The notes under the pieces are model-generated. The model had not been told where the DNA came from. It searched no databases and saw only the letters and a program-made list of their open reading frames with translations. Positions 1-8,995 of a stretch of DNA of 64,000 nt are shown here, in pieces. The stretch lies in contig JANYCY010000087.1 of the NCBI GenBank assembly GCA_025360045.1, positions 23,398 through 87,397 of the forward strand, written 5' to 3'. The DNA is from Janthinobacterium sp. (GTDB lineage Bacteria > Pseudomonadota > Gammaproteobacteria > Burkholderiales > Chitinibacteraceae). Positions within the stretch are counted from its first letter, which is position 1, and every line of letters begins with the position of its first letter. The position numbers and the translations under genes were made by a program.

Positions 1-1249
1 CCCGCACCATATCGCGGTTGGTTGGCACAATCACGGTTTCTAGACCGTAAATTTGCTGGAATTCGTAAGCTTCAGTATCGGCTGTACCGGTCATGCCAGA
101 CAGCTTGGTATACATGCGGAAGTAATTTTGTAGGGTAATCGTGGCAAGAGTTTGATTCTCTTGATTGATTTCTACGCCTTCTTTGGCTTCAACGGCTTGG
201 TGCAGGCCTTCAGACCAGCGACGACCCGACATTAAACGGCCGGTAAATTCGTCAACGATGACAATCTCGCCCTCGTCGGTCACCACATAATGCTGGTCAC
301 GTTGGAATAGGGCATGGGCGCGCATGGCAGCATACAGATGATGCACCAAGCTGATATTGCCAGCGGAGTACAGGCTGTCGCCTTCTTTTAACAGACCCTT
401 GCTGGTGAGGATGGCTTCCACTTTTTCGTGGCCTGCTTCTGACAGCAGTACCGAGTGGGCTTTCTCATCAACCCAGAAATCGCCTTCTGATTCTTCTTCG
501 CTTTGGCGAGTCAGTTGGCCGGGAATATCGTTAACTAGTTGGTACAGTTCGATGCTGTCTTCGGCGGGGCCAGAGATAATCAGCGGTGTGCGTGCTTCAT
601 CGATCAGAATCGAATCCACTTCATCGACAATGGCGTAGTTCAGCTTGCGTTGTACACGCTCGCCAACGGTAAACACCATATTGTCGCGCAGATAATCAAA
701 ACCAAATTCGTTATTGGTGCCGTAAGTGATGTCACAGCTATAAGCTTGTTGCTTTTCGTCGTGCTGCATTTGGCCGAGGTTCACGCCGCAAGTCAGGCCC
801 AAAAAGCTATACAGCTTATTCATCGTGGCCGCATCACGGCTGGCCAAGTAATCATTCACGGTAATGACGTGTACGCCATTGCCGGATAGGGAATTCAGGT
901 AGGCGGGCAGCGTGGCAACCAGCGTTTTACCTTCACCCGTGCGCATTTCAGAGATCTTGCCTTGGTGCAGCGCTAAGCCACCCATCAGCTGCACGTCAAA
1001 GTGACGCATGCCTAAGCTGCGTTTAGAGCCTTCGCGGCAAACAGCAAAGGCCTCTGGCAGAATTTGATCAAGCGTTTCACCCTTGGCGATACGAGCACGG
1101 AATTCTTCCGTTTTAGCGCGTAAGTCATCATCAGAAAGAGCGGCAATGCCCGCTTCAAGGGTGTTGATCTGCTTTACGATGGTGCCGTATTGTTTGAGCA
1201 GGCGGTCATTACGACTTCCGAAAACTTTTTTGAGCAAATTTGCAATCAT
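1..1249 (-). CDS. secA: Preprotein translocase ATPase SecA, N-terminal part (runs off window start)
   Basis: Manual translation from ATG at 1249 gives [19 protein letters not shown]..., with [21 protein letters not shown] (Walker A), [13 protein letters not shown] and [19 protein letters not shown], all SecA signatures. Confidence 0.98.
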   Translation of the reverse strand, partial: MIANLLKKVFGSRNDRLLKQYGTIVKQINTLEAGIAALSDDDLRAKTEEFRARIAKGETLDQILPEAFAVCREGSKRSLGMRHFDVQLMGGLALHQGKISEMRTGEGKTLVATLPAYLNSLSGNGVHVITVNDYLASRDAATMNKLYSFLGLTCGVNLGQMQHDEKQQAYSCDITYGTNNEFGFDYLRDNMVFTVGERVQRKLNYAIVDEVDSILIDEARTPLIISGPAEDSIELYQLVNDIPGQLTRQSEEESEGDFWVDEKAHSVLLSEAGHEKVEAILTSKGLLKEGDSLYSAGNISLVHHLYAAMRAHALFQRDQHYVVTDEGEIVIVDEFTGRLMSGRRWSEGLHQAVEAKEGVEINQENQTLATITLQNYFRMYTKLSGMTGTADTEAYEFQQIYGLETVIVPTNRDMVR

Positions 1250-1290
1250 CTAAAGCTACCAGCAATGGGCAAGGCCCGGTTAGTGTGACA

Positions 1291-1473
1291 ACGGCGGATA
1301 GAGCGTGCTGTAAAACGACTACGAAACCCGATTACTGCTAGCTATGCACTAGCTTCGCGTCGAAAAAACCTCTCAAAATCCTCGTTTACAAGTGTAAATT
1401 CCGGTTTTTCGAGATTTTTTGCCTTGTCCTCGGGCTTCTCGCTCGTTTTACAACTTAGCTAATCCGCCGTATA
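1291..1473. repeat. ERIC/IRU-like miniature inverted-repeat element (~180 bp) between the M23 gene and secA
   Basis: Imperfect 28-bp terminal inverted repeats (1291-1318 vs 1443-1470; outer 9 bp and inner 10 bp identical), an internal hairpin centred on TTTAC-AAGT-GTAAA, and a TATAC end on the minus strand. Confidence 0.55.
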
Positions 1474-1500
1474 TGCGACCGTTTTAATCAAAATTCAAGA

Positions 1501-2403
1501 TCAATCGCCAGATTTTGTAGCAGCAATATTAACTTCATTCGAGGCTGGGCCAATAAAGCGTAAGGGATTTTGTGCAATTCCCTTATAGCGAATTTCAAAG
1601 TGCAAGTGTGGGCCTGTCGAGCGCCCCGTAGATCCTAGTAAGGCAATCGTCTGGCCAGCGTTCACTTGTTCCCCTACTTTTACAGCTAATTTAGACGCAT
1701 GAGCATAGCGACTCGTGATGCCATTGCCGTGATCTAGGTCAACCATATTACCATATTGGGGATGGAAGGCCGCAAAGCTGACTTTGCCGCTGGCTGCAGC
1801 CATAATGGGCGTGCCGCTATCGCCCACAAAATCGATGCCTTCATGAAAGACCTGATTGCCATTAAAAGGATCAATCCGCTTACCAAAGCTGGATGATTGT
1901 AAGCCAACATTGAGCGGCGCTTTAGAAGGCAATTGCCATGCTTTAGGCCGCAGTAAAACACTTTCTGCCAAAGACAGCTGATCCAGCCTAGCGTTTAAAT
2001 TTTGGTTGGCTGCGTCAATTTCATTCCCCAAACTGAGGGTGGTGAGCGCCGTGCCAGCATGCTGTATGCCGCCACGTGGTACGGCTTGATTCGATAAAAA
2101 AGGCTTGATATCAATGCCGGTTTTATCGCCCACTTGGCTGGCTAAGCCGTCTAAGCGGAGTAATTTAGCTTGTAGCTCGCCAACACGGATGGCCAGCGCA
2201 TCGATTTCGCCTTGGCGGTTATTATTATTGGCGTTGGGCATAAATCGCCACAATGCTTGATTTTGCCCAGAGCGAAGAGCGGTAGTGATGGCAAATGTCA
2301 TTGACGATATGGTCAATAAAGCCATGAGCCCCAATAAAATAATTTGCTTGGCATCTAAAGAAACAGCCTTGCCAAGGCGGTTAGAAATCACGATAACATT
2401 CAT
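1501..2403 (-). CDS. M23 family metallopeptidase with N-terminal membrane anchor and coiled coil
   Basis: HEGID (HxxxD), YAH and STGPHLHFE (HxH) M23 motifs; position directly upstream of secA is typical. Confidence 0.93.
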   Translation of the reverse strand: MNVIVISNRLGKAVSLDAKQIILLGLMALLTISSMTFAITTALRSGQNQALWRFMPNANNNNRQGEIDALAIRVGELQAKLLRLDGLASQVGDKTGIDIKPFLSNQAVPRGGIQHAGTALTTLSLGNEIDAANQNLNARLDQLSLAESVLLRPKAWQLPSKAPLNVGLQSSSFGKRIDPFNGNQVFHEGIDFVGDSGTPIMAAASGKVSFAAFHPQYGNMVDLDHGNGITSRYAHASKLAVKVGEQVNAGQTIALLGSTGRSTGPHLHFEIRYKGIAQNPLRFIGPASNEVNIAATKSGD

Positions 2404-2433
2404 TTATTTATGCATCCTTACAGGCCATCAGCC

Positions 2434-2871
2434 ATGAAAAAGACCACCCTGAAGCAAGTTGGGCACGATAGGCAGCTCGCTAGCCTGATGCATCAGGTTG
2501 ACGATTTAGCCAGCGTATTAGCGGTAGTGCGCGCTGTATTGCCGCCAACGATGGCGGCGCATTGTCTTGGGGTGGCTTGGTCCGGCGATACTTTATTAAT
2601 TGGTGTAAGTGGCAGCGCTGCGGCATCAAGAGTACGCCTAAATGCGCCTCAGATTCTTGCGGCACTGCAAGCCGGCGGATGGAAAGCTACCGTAGTTCTG
2701 CCCAAGGTGCAAGTTGGCTTGCAATCCACAAATGCCATGCGAAGCAAAGACTTACACCTAAAAACGGGGGCCTGTGTTGCTTTCTCGCAATTGGCTGACA
2801 CACTGGAGGATGGGCCATTAAGGCAGGCCATTGCCTCGCTATTACATCGCCATGCAGCTAAAGACAGCTGA
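2434..2871 (+). CDS. dciA: DUF721/DciA-family helicase loader-like protein
   Basis: Divergent from M23-secA as in the conserved dciA-M23-secA arrangement; HC...G.LLIGVSGSAAASRVRL.APQIL pattern; start moved from the ORF-track 2410 to ATG 2434. Confidence 0.7.
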   Translation: MKKTTLKQVGHDRQLASLMHQVDDLASVLAVVRAVLPPTMAAHCLGVAWSGDTLLIGVSGSAAASRVRLNAPQILAALQAGGWKATVVLPKVQVGLQSTNAMRSKDLHLKTGACVAFSQLADTLEDGPLRQAIASLLHRHAAKDS

Positions 2872-2976
2872 GCTAATGGAATTAGTCTATAAACCTTGTA
2901 AGGCCCTGTAATGACATCCGATTAACTGACGTTCAGGCCCTATGCATAGAGACTAAATCGATGAAGGAGCTGGGCA

Positions 2977-3609
2977 ATGAGTTTGAATCAGGCGGGGTGT
3001 CAGGCTAAACAAGGTGGTTTTACTTTGGTCGAGCTGGCCATTGTGCTGGTGATTATTGGCTTGATCTTGGGAATGGCGTTTAAGGGCAAGGATTTGATTG
3101 ATGGGGCGAAGGTGAAATCTGCCCAAGCAAATATCAATAAAATTCAAGCGGCCATGAATATTTATTTTGAGCGCTACGGTGCTTATCCTGGTGATGGTTG
3201 CCCTGCTGCTGCAACGGTACCTACATGTAATGCAGGTGCACATAATGGTGCGATTGCTGGAGCCAATGAGATAGCCGGATTCTGGACTGTACTGACTGCT
3301 GCTCCACCTGCGGGCACTAATATTTTGCCGCTTGCCGAACGGACAAACCCATTTGGTTCAGTCTGGGCCGTGGCCGTTGGCACGCTTGCAACTAATACAG
3401 CAACAACTAGTAATTATTTGGTGGCTACTGGTATAGGGAATGCGGCAGTGGATGGACGCTTTGTGTGTGCGATGGACCAAAAGTTTGATGATGGAGTTCC
3501 AACTACAGGGACAATTCGTAGTAATGCGGGGACAGTTTATACTGCTCTTACAGATTGTTGGGCGATCACTACTGGACCGCAGTCGTTGTCAGTACAAATT
3601 TTGCCGTAG
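2977..3609 (+). CDS. Type IV pilin/pseudopilin-like protein with class III signal peptide
   Basis: G|FTLVELAIVLVIIGLILG prepilin cleavage/N-methyl-Phe motif with E5; SD AAGGAG upstream; two Cys pairs in the mature domain. Confidence 0.9.
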   Translation: MSLNQAGCQAKQGGFTLVELAIVLVIIGLILGMAFKGKDLIDGAKVKSAQANINKIQAAMNIYFERYGAYPGDGCPAAATVPTCNAGAHNGAIAGANEIAGFWTVLTAAPPAGTNILPLAERTNPFGSVWAVAVGTLATNTATTSNYLVATGIGNAAVDGRFVCAMDQKFDDGVPTTGTIRSNAGTVYTALTDCWAITTGPQSLSVQILP

Positions 3610-3705
3610 TTATATGATTTGGCTTGTATGGGCAGGAAGAAACTTGAGTTTTATTGCAATCGAGGGATTGCAAAGAGCAGTGCCCTCGATTGGTTGATTT
3701 TGGAT

Positions 3706-4383
3706 TTACTCCGTCCAATCCCCACGCAACACTTCTCTCAGCAAAGAAACCGTCACAGGTCTTTTTTCGGTTAAAGATAAACCATTGGCCGCGTCTAAAT
3801 GCTGATACAAAGTTGGCAAATCGCGCGATGCATGGCGCAGCAGATAATCCGCCAAATCATCACCTAGCTCAAAACCCAAGGCATAGGCGCGGCGTTTTAG
3901 GGCGGCGGCTTTGTCTGTGTCGGAGAGCGGTTTGAGCTGATACACCAAGCCCCAGCCTAGGCGAGTGGTTAAATCTGGCCTGAGCAGCAGCAGCATCGGT
4001 GGCTTAGGGCCAGCGGCCAGCAGCAGGCCTCCGCCATCTTTTAGCGTATTAAAGTGATCAAACAGGCGAATTTGCTCATCACGGCTAAGCGCATCCACGT
4101 TGTCTACAATGAGCGCGGCTTCTTTTGGCAAAGAGGCGGGCAAGGCATCGTGGGCTGCGTCAGTAAAAAATATTTGCGCGCCAACGGGCAGCATGGCGCG
4201 CGCGGCGGCGAGTAGGTGGCTCTTGCCACTGCCGCGTTCTCCCCAAAAATAGAGAAAACGCACGTCCCCCTCACCAAGGCTCCAACAACCAAGCTGATAC
4301 AGTAGCTCGGCGTTTTCACCACGGATAAAATCCTCAAAAGAGGGCAGGGCTGGCAGTTGCAGATCCAGCACGAGTTGCTTCAT
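3706..4383 (-). CDS. hda: DnaA regulatory inactivator Hda
   Basis: MKQLVLDL clamp-binding motif, GERGSGKSHLL Walker A, DLTTRLGWGLVY, DDLADYLLRHASRD; true start at 4383, not the ORF-track 4578. Confidence 0.92.
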   Translation of the reverse strand: MKQLVLDLQLPALPSFEDFIRGENAELLYQLGCWSLGEGDVRFLYFWGERGSGKSHLLAAARAMLPVGAQIFFTDAAHDALPASLPKEAALIVDNVDALSRDEQIRLFDHFNTLKDGGGLLLAAGPKPPMLLLLRPDLTTRLGWGLVYQLKPLSDTDKAAALKRRAYALGFELGDDLADYLLRHASRDLPTLYQHLDAANGLSLTEKRPVTVSLLREVLRGDWTE

Positions 4384-4566
4384 GCGGGAGGGGCTCCAAG
4401 AGGTCGATGACAAGCGTGCGGGTGTTTTTTCACAAGATGCGATAAAATGTCTGGCTTTGCAGCAGGTGCACCCCAAATTGGGCGCTACACCTGCACTAAT
4501 ATAACGAATGTTCGCCATTCTAGCGCAGAAGCCACTAGTGGCGCTGCCAGTTTCACGAGGCCATGC

Positions 4567-5604
4567 ATGACCAATCAAAGCTTGAGCTACCGCGATGCGG
4601 GTGTCGATATCGATGCCGGCGATCAGTTGGTTGAAAATATTAAGCCCTACGCCAAGCGTACCATGCGCCCAGAGGTGCTTAGTGGCATTGGCGGTTTCGG
4701 CGGTTTAGTCGAAATCAGTAAAAAATACCAAGAGCCTGTTTTAGTGTCCGGCACCGACGGTGTGGGCACTAAACTGAAGCTTGCTTTTGAGCTAAATCGC
4801 CACGATACCGTGGGGATTGATCTGGTTGCCATGAGTGTGAATGATATCTTGGTGCAAGGCGCCGAGCCATTATTCTTCCTCGATTACTTCGCTTGCGGCA
4901 AGCTAGATGTGCCGAATGCGACAGAAGTGATTCGCGGCATTGCCCACGGTTGCGAGCAAGCAGGTTGCGCGCTGATCGGTGGTGAAACTGCAGAAATGCC
5001 TGGTATGTACCCAGTGGGTGAATACGATTTGGCTGGCTTTGCAGTTGGTGTGGTCGAGAAAAGCAAAATCATTACTGGCGACGATATTGCACCGGGTGAT
5101 GTGGTGCTGGGCTTGGCATCTAATGGTGCACATTCCAACGGCTACAGCTTAATTCGCAAAATCATGCATCGTGCTGAAGCCGATTACGCTGCAGAATTTG
5201 ACGGCGGCAAGAGCCTTGCTGATGTAGTCATGGCTGCAACGCGCATCTACGTGAAGCCGCTGTTGAAACTTATGCAAGCTTTGCCGGTCAAGGGTATGGC
5301 GCATATTACTGGTGGCGGGATCAGCGAAAACGTACCGCGTGTACTGCCAAATAATGTCGTTGCTGCCATCGATGCCAAATCTTGGACCATGCCTAAGTTA
5401 TTCCAATGGCTGCAAAAAGAAGGCAATGTGGACGCGCAAGAAATGTACCGCACCTTTAACTGTGGCGTGGGTATGGTGGTGATTATGGCTGCAGATCAAG
5501 CTGCCGCCGCGATTGCCCTGCTTGAAGCCGAAGGTGAAACCGTTTACACCATGGGTACGATTCGTGCCCGCGTGGGTGATGAGCACCAGACGCAAGTTGC
5601 TTAA
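4567..5604 (+). CDS. purM: Phosphoribosylformylglycinamidine cyclo-ligase (AIR synthase)
   Basis: [48 protein letters not shown]. Confidence 0.98.
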   Translation: MTNQSLSYRDAGVDIDAGDQLVENIKPYAKRTMRPEVLSGIGGFGGLVEISKKYQEPVLVSGTDGVGTKLKLAFELNRHDTVGIDLVAMSVNDILVQGAEPLFFLDYFACGKLDVPNATEVIRGIAHGCEQAGCALIGGETAEMPGMYPVGEYDLAGFAVGVVEKSKIITGDDIAPGDVVLGLASNGAHSNGYSLIRKIMHRAEADYAAEFDGGKSLADVVMAATRIYVKPLLKLMQALPVKGMAHITGGGISENVPRVLPNNVVAAIDAKSWTMPKLFQWLQKEGNVDAQEMYRTFNCGVGMVVIMAADQAAAAIALLEAEGETVYTMGTIRARVGDEHQTQVA

Positions 5605-5609
5605 TCTTT

Positions 5610-5671
5610 GTAGGGCGGGTGAAACCCGCCATTTTATCAATACTTGATAAAATGGCCGTTGAAAGCTCTAC
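5610..5671. repeat. GTAG-type REP doublet (class 1, right arm degenerate) with internal hairpin
   Basis: GTAGGGCGGGTGAAACCCGCC ... CCATTTTATCAA-TAC-TTGATAAAATGG ... CTCTAC. Confidence 0.8.
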
Positions 5672-5675
5672 AGAT

Positions 5676-5709
5676 AGGGCGAGGGCTCCTACCTCGCCCT
5701 TTCTATTTT
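5676..5709 (+). terminator. Hairpin with T-rich tail between purM and purN
   Basis: AGGGCGAGG-GCTCCTA-CCTCGCCCT followed by TTCTATTTT. Confidence 0.45.
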
Positions 5710-5716
5710 GAGACTT

Positions 5717-6352
5717 ATGAAAAATATTGTTATCTTGATTTCTGGCCGTGGCAGCAATATGCAAGCCATTGTGGATGCACAAATCGCAGGCGCAAATATC
5801 TGCGCCGTGATTGCTAATCGCCCCGATGCAGCAGGTTTGGCTTGGGCCGCAGAGCGTGGCATTGCCACTGCCGTGCTTGATCATAAGCTTTACGCTGGCC
5901 GTGAGGCCTTTGATGCCGCTCTCACCGCACTGATTGATGGCTATGCACCTGATTTAATCGTGCTGGCGGGCTTTATGCGGATTCTGACCGCAGGCTTTGT
6001 GAATCACTATGCGGGCCGCCTGATTAATATCCATCCTTCCCTGTTGCCTGCTTACACTGGCCTGCATACGCACGAACGTGCCTTGGCTGATGGCGTGAAA
6101 ATTGCGGGCTGTACGGTCCATTTTGTGACGGCCGAGTTAGATCATGGCCCTATTATTTTGCAAGCGGCTCTGGCCGTGCTGGATGACGATACGGTCGCTA
6201 GCTTATCCCGCCGAATGCTGGAGCAAGAGCATTTGATTTATCCGCAAGCGGTACGCTGGTTTGTGGAAGATCGCTTAAAGTTGGTGAATGGTAGGGTTCA
6301 TGTAGATAGCCCTGCGCCTGCTGCGGTATTGATTGCACCTCCGGTGCTTTAA
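5717..6352 (+). CDS. purN: Phosphoribosylglycinamide formyltransferase
   Basis: ILISGRGSNMQAI, LAGFMRIL, NIHPSLLP, GCTVHFVTAELDHGPII. Confidence 0.98.
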   Translation: MKNIVILISGRGSNMQAIVDAQIAGANICAVIANRPDAAGLAWAAERGIATAVLDHKLYAGREAFDAALTALIDGYAPDLIVLAGFMRILTAGFVNHYAGRLINIHPSLLPAYTGLHTHERALADGVKIAGCTVHFVTAELDHGPIILQAALAVLDDDTVASLSRRMLEQEHLIYPQAVRWFVEDRLKLVNGRVHVDSPAPAAVLIAPPVL

Positions 6353-7503
6353 TGCTGCGCTGGCCTGGATTGTTGCTGGTAGCTGCTGCTCTGCTGTCCC
6401 TGCTATTGCATCTGGGCTGGATCTTTAACGAGCAAATTTACGCTTGGCTGACGCAGCAACCCTACGCCGAGAGCGAGCTAAAAAAAGTCACGCAAAAATT
6501 GAGCGATATTGCACAGGCAGATGATGCTCGTCCTGCTGGTTTGAAAGGGATTAAACCAGTAGATCATCAGCTGGTGTATTTGCACCGTGGGCCAGTGCAA
6601 CAAGTGCCTGAGAAGCCTGTAGTGCGGGTGGCCAAAAAATCCCCGACCAAGATTACTGCAAGTCGTGCATCTGCAGTTGAGCAGGTAGTGAGCAGTGTTG
6701 TGGCCCATGCCGCAAGTGAAGTTGCAAAAGAAGTGGTGGAGGCAACGGTAGCAAGCAGCGTTAAACCCGTGGCATTGATTGCCTCGGCGCTCGTTGAAGA
6801 AGAATTACCTCCGCTTAAAGAAAGCCCCTTGGTCACTGAGCAAACTTATCCCGCAGCGGTAGAAATTACCTATGCTTATGGGATCTTCCCGATTCGGATG
6901 AGCTGGCAGGCCGTAAATGGCCAATACTCATTGAAGCTGCGAGGCGCTTTGTTTAGCAAATCACGTACTTTTGTGAGTGATGGTGAAGTAGGGCAAAAAG
7001 GGGTAATCCCGCATCGATTCGCCGATTATCGTGACGAAAAATTGATTAATGAGGCCGTGTTTAATTGGGAAGACAAACAAGTCACCATTAAAGATGGCGG
7101 CAGTAGCAAGGTTGAGGAGTTAAAAGCAGGCGATCAGGATATTTTCTCTGCCGCCTTTCAATTGGCCTTACAAGGCTCGCGGATGAAAGATTTTACTTTT
7201 ACCGTAGCCAGTGGCCGTAAGATTTATAAAGATGTGCCGTTTGAAATTAGCGGCCAAGCCAGCCTGCGATTAGGCGATAAACAAATCGAAGCCATTTTGC
7301 TACGAGGTCGTTTTGAAGACCGTACTTTTGATTTTTGGCTGGCACCACAGTGGCACAATATGCCAGTACGAATGACCTTATCACTGGGTAGCGAAGGTAG
7401 CTTCGATATCTGGGCTAATGATATAAAAATTAATGGGGAAATGGTGCTTGAGCCGCAAAGCGGCAACCCTAACTCCAACTCCAACCGCATGATGCGAAGA
7501 TAA
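6352..7503 (+). CDS. DUF3108-like exported/membrane-anchored protein
   Basis: N-terminal hydrophobic helix, low-complexity linker, beta-rich C-terminal domain (F.W, DIFSAAFQL, WLAPQWHNMPVRM); conserved position after purN; TAATG coupling. Confidence 0.65.
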   Translation: MLRWPGLLLVAAALLSLLLHLGWIFNEQIYAWLTQQPYAESELKKVTQKLSDIAQADDARPAGLKGIKPVDHQLVYLHRGPVQQVPEKPVVRVAKKSPTKITASRASAVEQVVSSVVAHAASEVAKEVVEATVASSVKPVALIASALVEEELPPLKESPLVTEQTYPAAVEITYAYGIFPIRMSWQAVNGQYSLKLRGALFSKSRTFVSDGEVGQKGVIPHRFADYRDEKLINEAVFNWEDKQVTIKDGGSSKVEELKAGDQDIFSAAFQLALQGSRMKDFTFTVASGRKIYKDVPFEISGQASLRLGDKQIEAILLRGRFEDRTFDFWLAPQWHNMPVRMTLSLGSEGSFDIWANDIKINGEMVLEPQSGNPNSNSNRMMRR

Positions 7504-7508
7504 AAGAC

Positions 7509-8777
7509 ATGATTGCTTTAAATAATACCCGTTACCACGCCGCTATTTCTGTTCTATCCGAAATGCTGGTGTTTGCCGCCCCGTCTGATGCCACCATGTC
7601 GCGTTTTTTTCGCAGCAATCCCAATCTGGGCGGCCAAGATCGCCATATGATTGCCGAGTGCGTGTACGGCATTTTGCGTAACAAAATTCGCCTTGAGTGG
7701 GTTTTAGGTGGCCCAGCGAATGCGCGCAGCCTGCTCACTGCTTACTTAGTGGTGGTAGAGCGCCGTAATCTGCGTGAATGTGGTGATTGGTTTCCAGACA
7801 CAGAAAAAGACAATTTTGCCCTGTGTAAAAGCAAAAAACTCGCCGAAGCACCGGTTTATGTGCGCGCCGACTTGCCGGAATGGGTAGTGAGCGATCTGCT
7901 CGCAGGCAATATGAACGACGCCGATATTCTGGCCCTAGGTGCTGGCCTGCAAGGTGCAGCCGCGCTTGATCTGCGGGTAAACAGCTTAAAAGCCAAGCGC
8001 GAGCAAGTCGCTGCCGAGTTGCTGGATGTAGGTGGTGTAGAAACCACGCCAACGCCTTATTCCCCTTGGGGCCTGCGTGTAACGGGCAAGCCAGCCATTA
8101 ATAAATACCGCGCCTTTACCGAAGGCCGTGTAGAAGTACAAGACGAAGGCAGCCAGCTTTTGGGCCTGCTTACCGGCGCAAAGCGCGGCCAAATGGTAGT
8201 GGATTTCTGCGCGGGTGCGGGTGGTAAAACCCTGCTGCTGGGCGCAATGATGAATTCTAGCGGCCGCTTGTACGCCTTTGATGTATCCGAAAAACGCCTG
8301 AATAACTTTAAGCCACGTTTGGCCCGCTCCGGCCTTTCTAACGTGAGTGCGCAGCTTATTTCTAGCGAAAACGATCAGAAAATCAAACGTTTAGTCGGCA
8401 AAATCGATTCAGTTTTGGTTGACGCACCTTGCTCCGGCATGGGCACAGTACGCCGCAACCCCGATCTGAAATTCCGCCAAAACCCAGCCAGCGTGCTCGA
8501 GTTGAACGCCATGCAAACCAGCATTCTGGCGTCGGCTTCACGCTTGGTAAAATCCGCAGGCCGCTTGGTTTACGCTACCTGCAGCTTCTTGCCATCCGAA
8601 AACGAAGCCATTGTTGAAGCCTTCCTTGCCGCCAACCCCGATTTCAAACTGCTGGATGCGCCAGAGCTATTGAAAGCCGAGCAAGTAGATATTCCATTGA
8701 CCGGCCCTTACTTCAAACTATCTCCACATCTGCATCAGGCTGATGCTTTCTTTGCGGCGGTAATGCAAAGAGATTGA
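7509..8777 (+). CDS. RsmB/NOP family SAM-dependent RNA m5C methyltransferase
   Basis: VQDEGSQ, DFCAGAGGKT, DAPCSGMG and YATCS catalytic Cys motifs. Confidence 0.93.
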   Translation: MIALNNTRYHAAISVLSEMLVFAAPSDATMSRFFRSNPNLGGQDRHMIAECVYGILRNKIRLEWVLGGPANARSLLTAYLVVVERRNLRECGDWFPDTEKDNFALCKSKKLAEAPVYVRADLPEWVVSDLLAGNMNDADILALGAGLQGAAALDLRVNSLKAKREQVAAELLDVGGVETTPTPYSPWGLRVTGKPAINKYRAFTEGRVEVQDEGSQLLGLLTGAKRGQMVVDFCAGAGGKTLLLGAMMNSSGRLYAFDVSEKRLNNFKPRLARSGLSNVSAQLISSENDQKIKRLVGKIDSVLVDAPCSGMGTVRRNPDLKFRQNPASVLELNAMQTSILASASRLVKSAGRLVYATCSFLPSENEAIVEAFLAANPDFKLLDAPELLKAEQVDIPLTGPYFKLSPHLHQADAFFAAVMQRD

Positions 8778-8793
8778 TTGCTTCCTTGTTAAG

Positions 8794-8823
8794 AAAAAGC
8801 CCATCACGTTGATGGGCTTTTTT
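8794..8823. terminator. Bidirectional intrinsic terminator
   Basis: AAAAAGCCCATCAC-GTT-GATGGGCTTTTTTT between convergent genes. Confidence 0.8.
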
Positions 8824-8897
8824 TGGGATAGGAATTAATTTATGGCGGAGCAAGGACACGGCTCGAAATAACTGTCCAAAATTAAGCATTCAAAACC

Positions 8898-8968
8898 CCG
8901 TCATCCCCGAGTGAATTTGTCGGGGATCCAGCAGCGCCACTAGATTCCCGCCTGCGTGGGCATGACTG
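8898..8968. repeat. dRS3-like double-hairpin repeat, copy 1 (orientation A)
   Basis: CCGTCATCCCCGAG...CGGGGATCCAG...GATTCCCGCC...GGGCATGAC; related copies at 15507, 43205 and 44749. Confidence 0.85.
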
Positions 8969-8995
8969 TATTCCGCGACATTGATAAGGGCTTAA

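Noticed and set aside
1250-1500. SecM-like arrest-peptide uORF before secA
   Set aside because: No credible ORF with a signal peptide on the minus strand; the space is filled by an inverted-repeat element
2872-2976. Sigma-54 (-24/-12) promoter for the orphan pilin
   Set aside because: No TGGCAC-N5-TTGC-like sequence upstream
3706-6352. ORF-track long N-termini for hda (4578), purM (4447), PCAT (11158), kdsD (27166), NusG-II (34734), dtd (45943) and mnmE (62889)
   Set aside because: The extensions overlap neighbours or repeats and precede the recognisable family N-terminus; downstream starts were used
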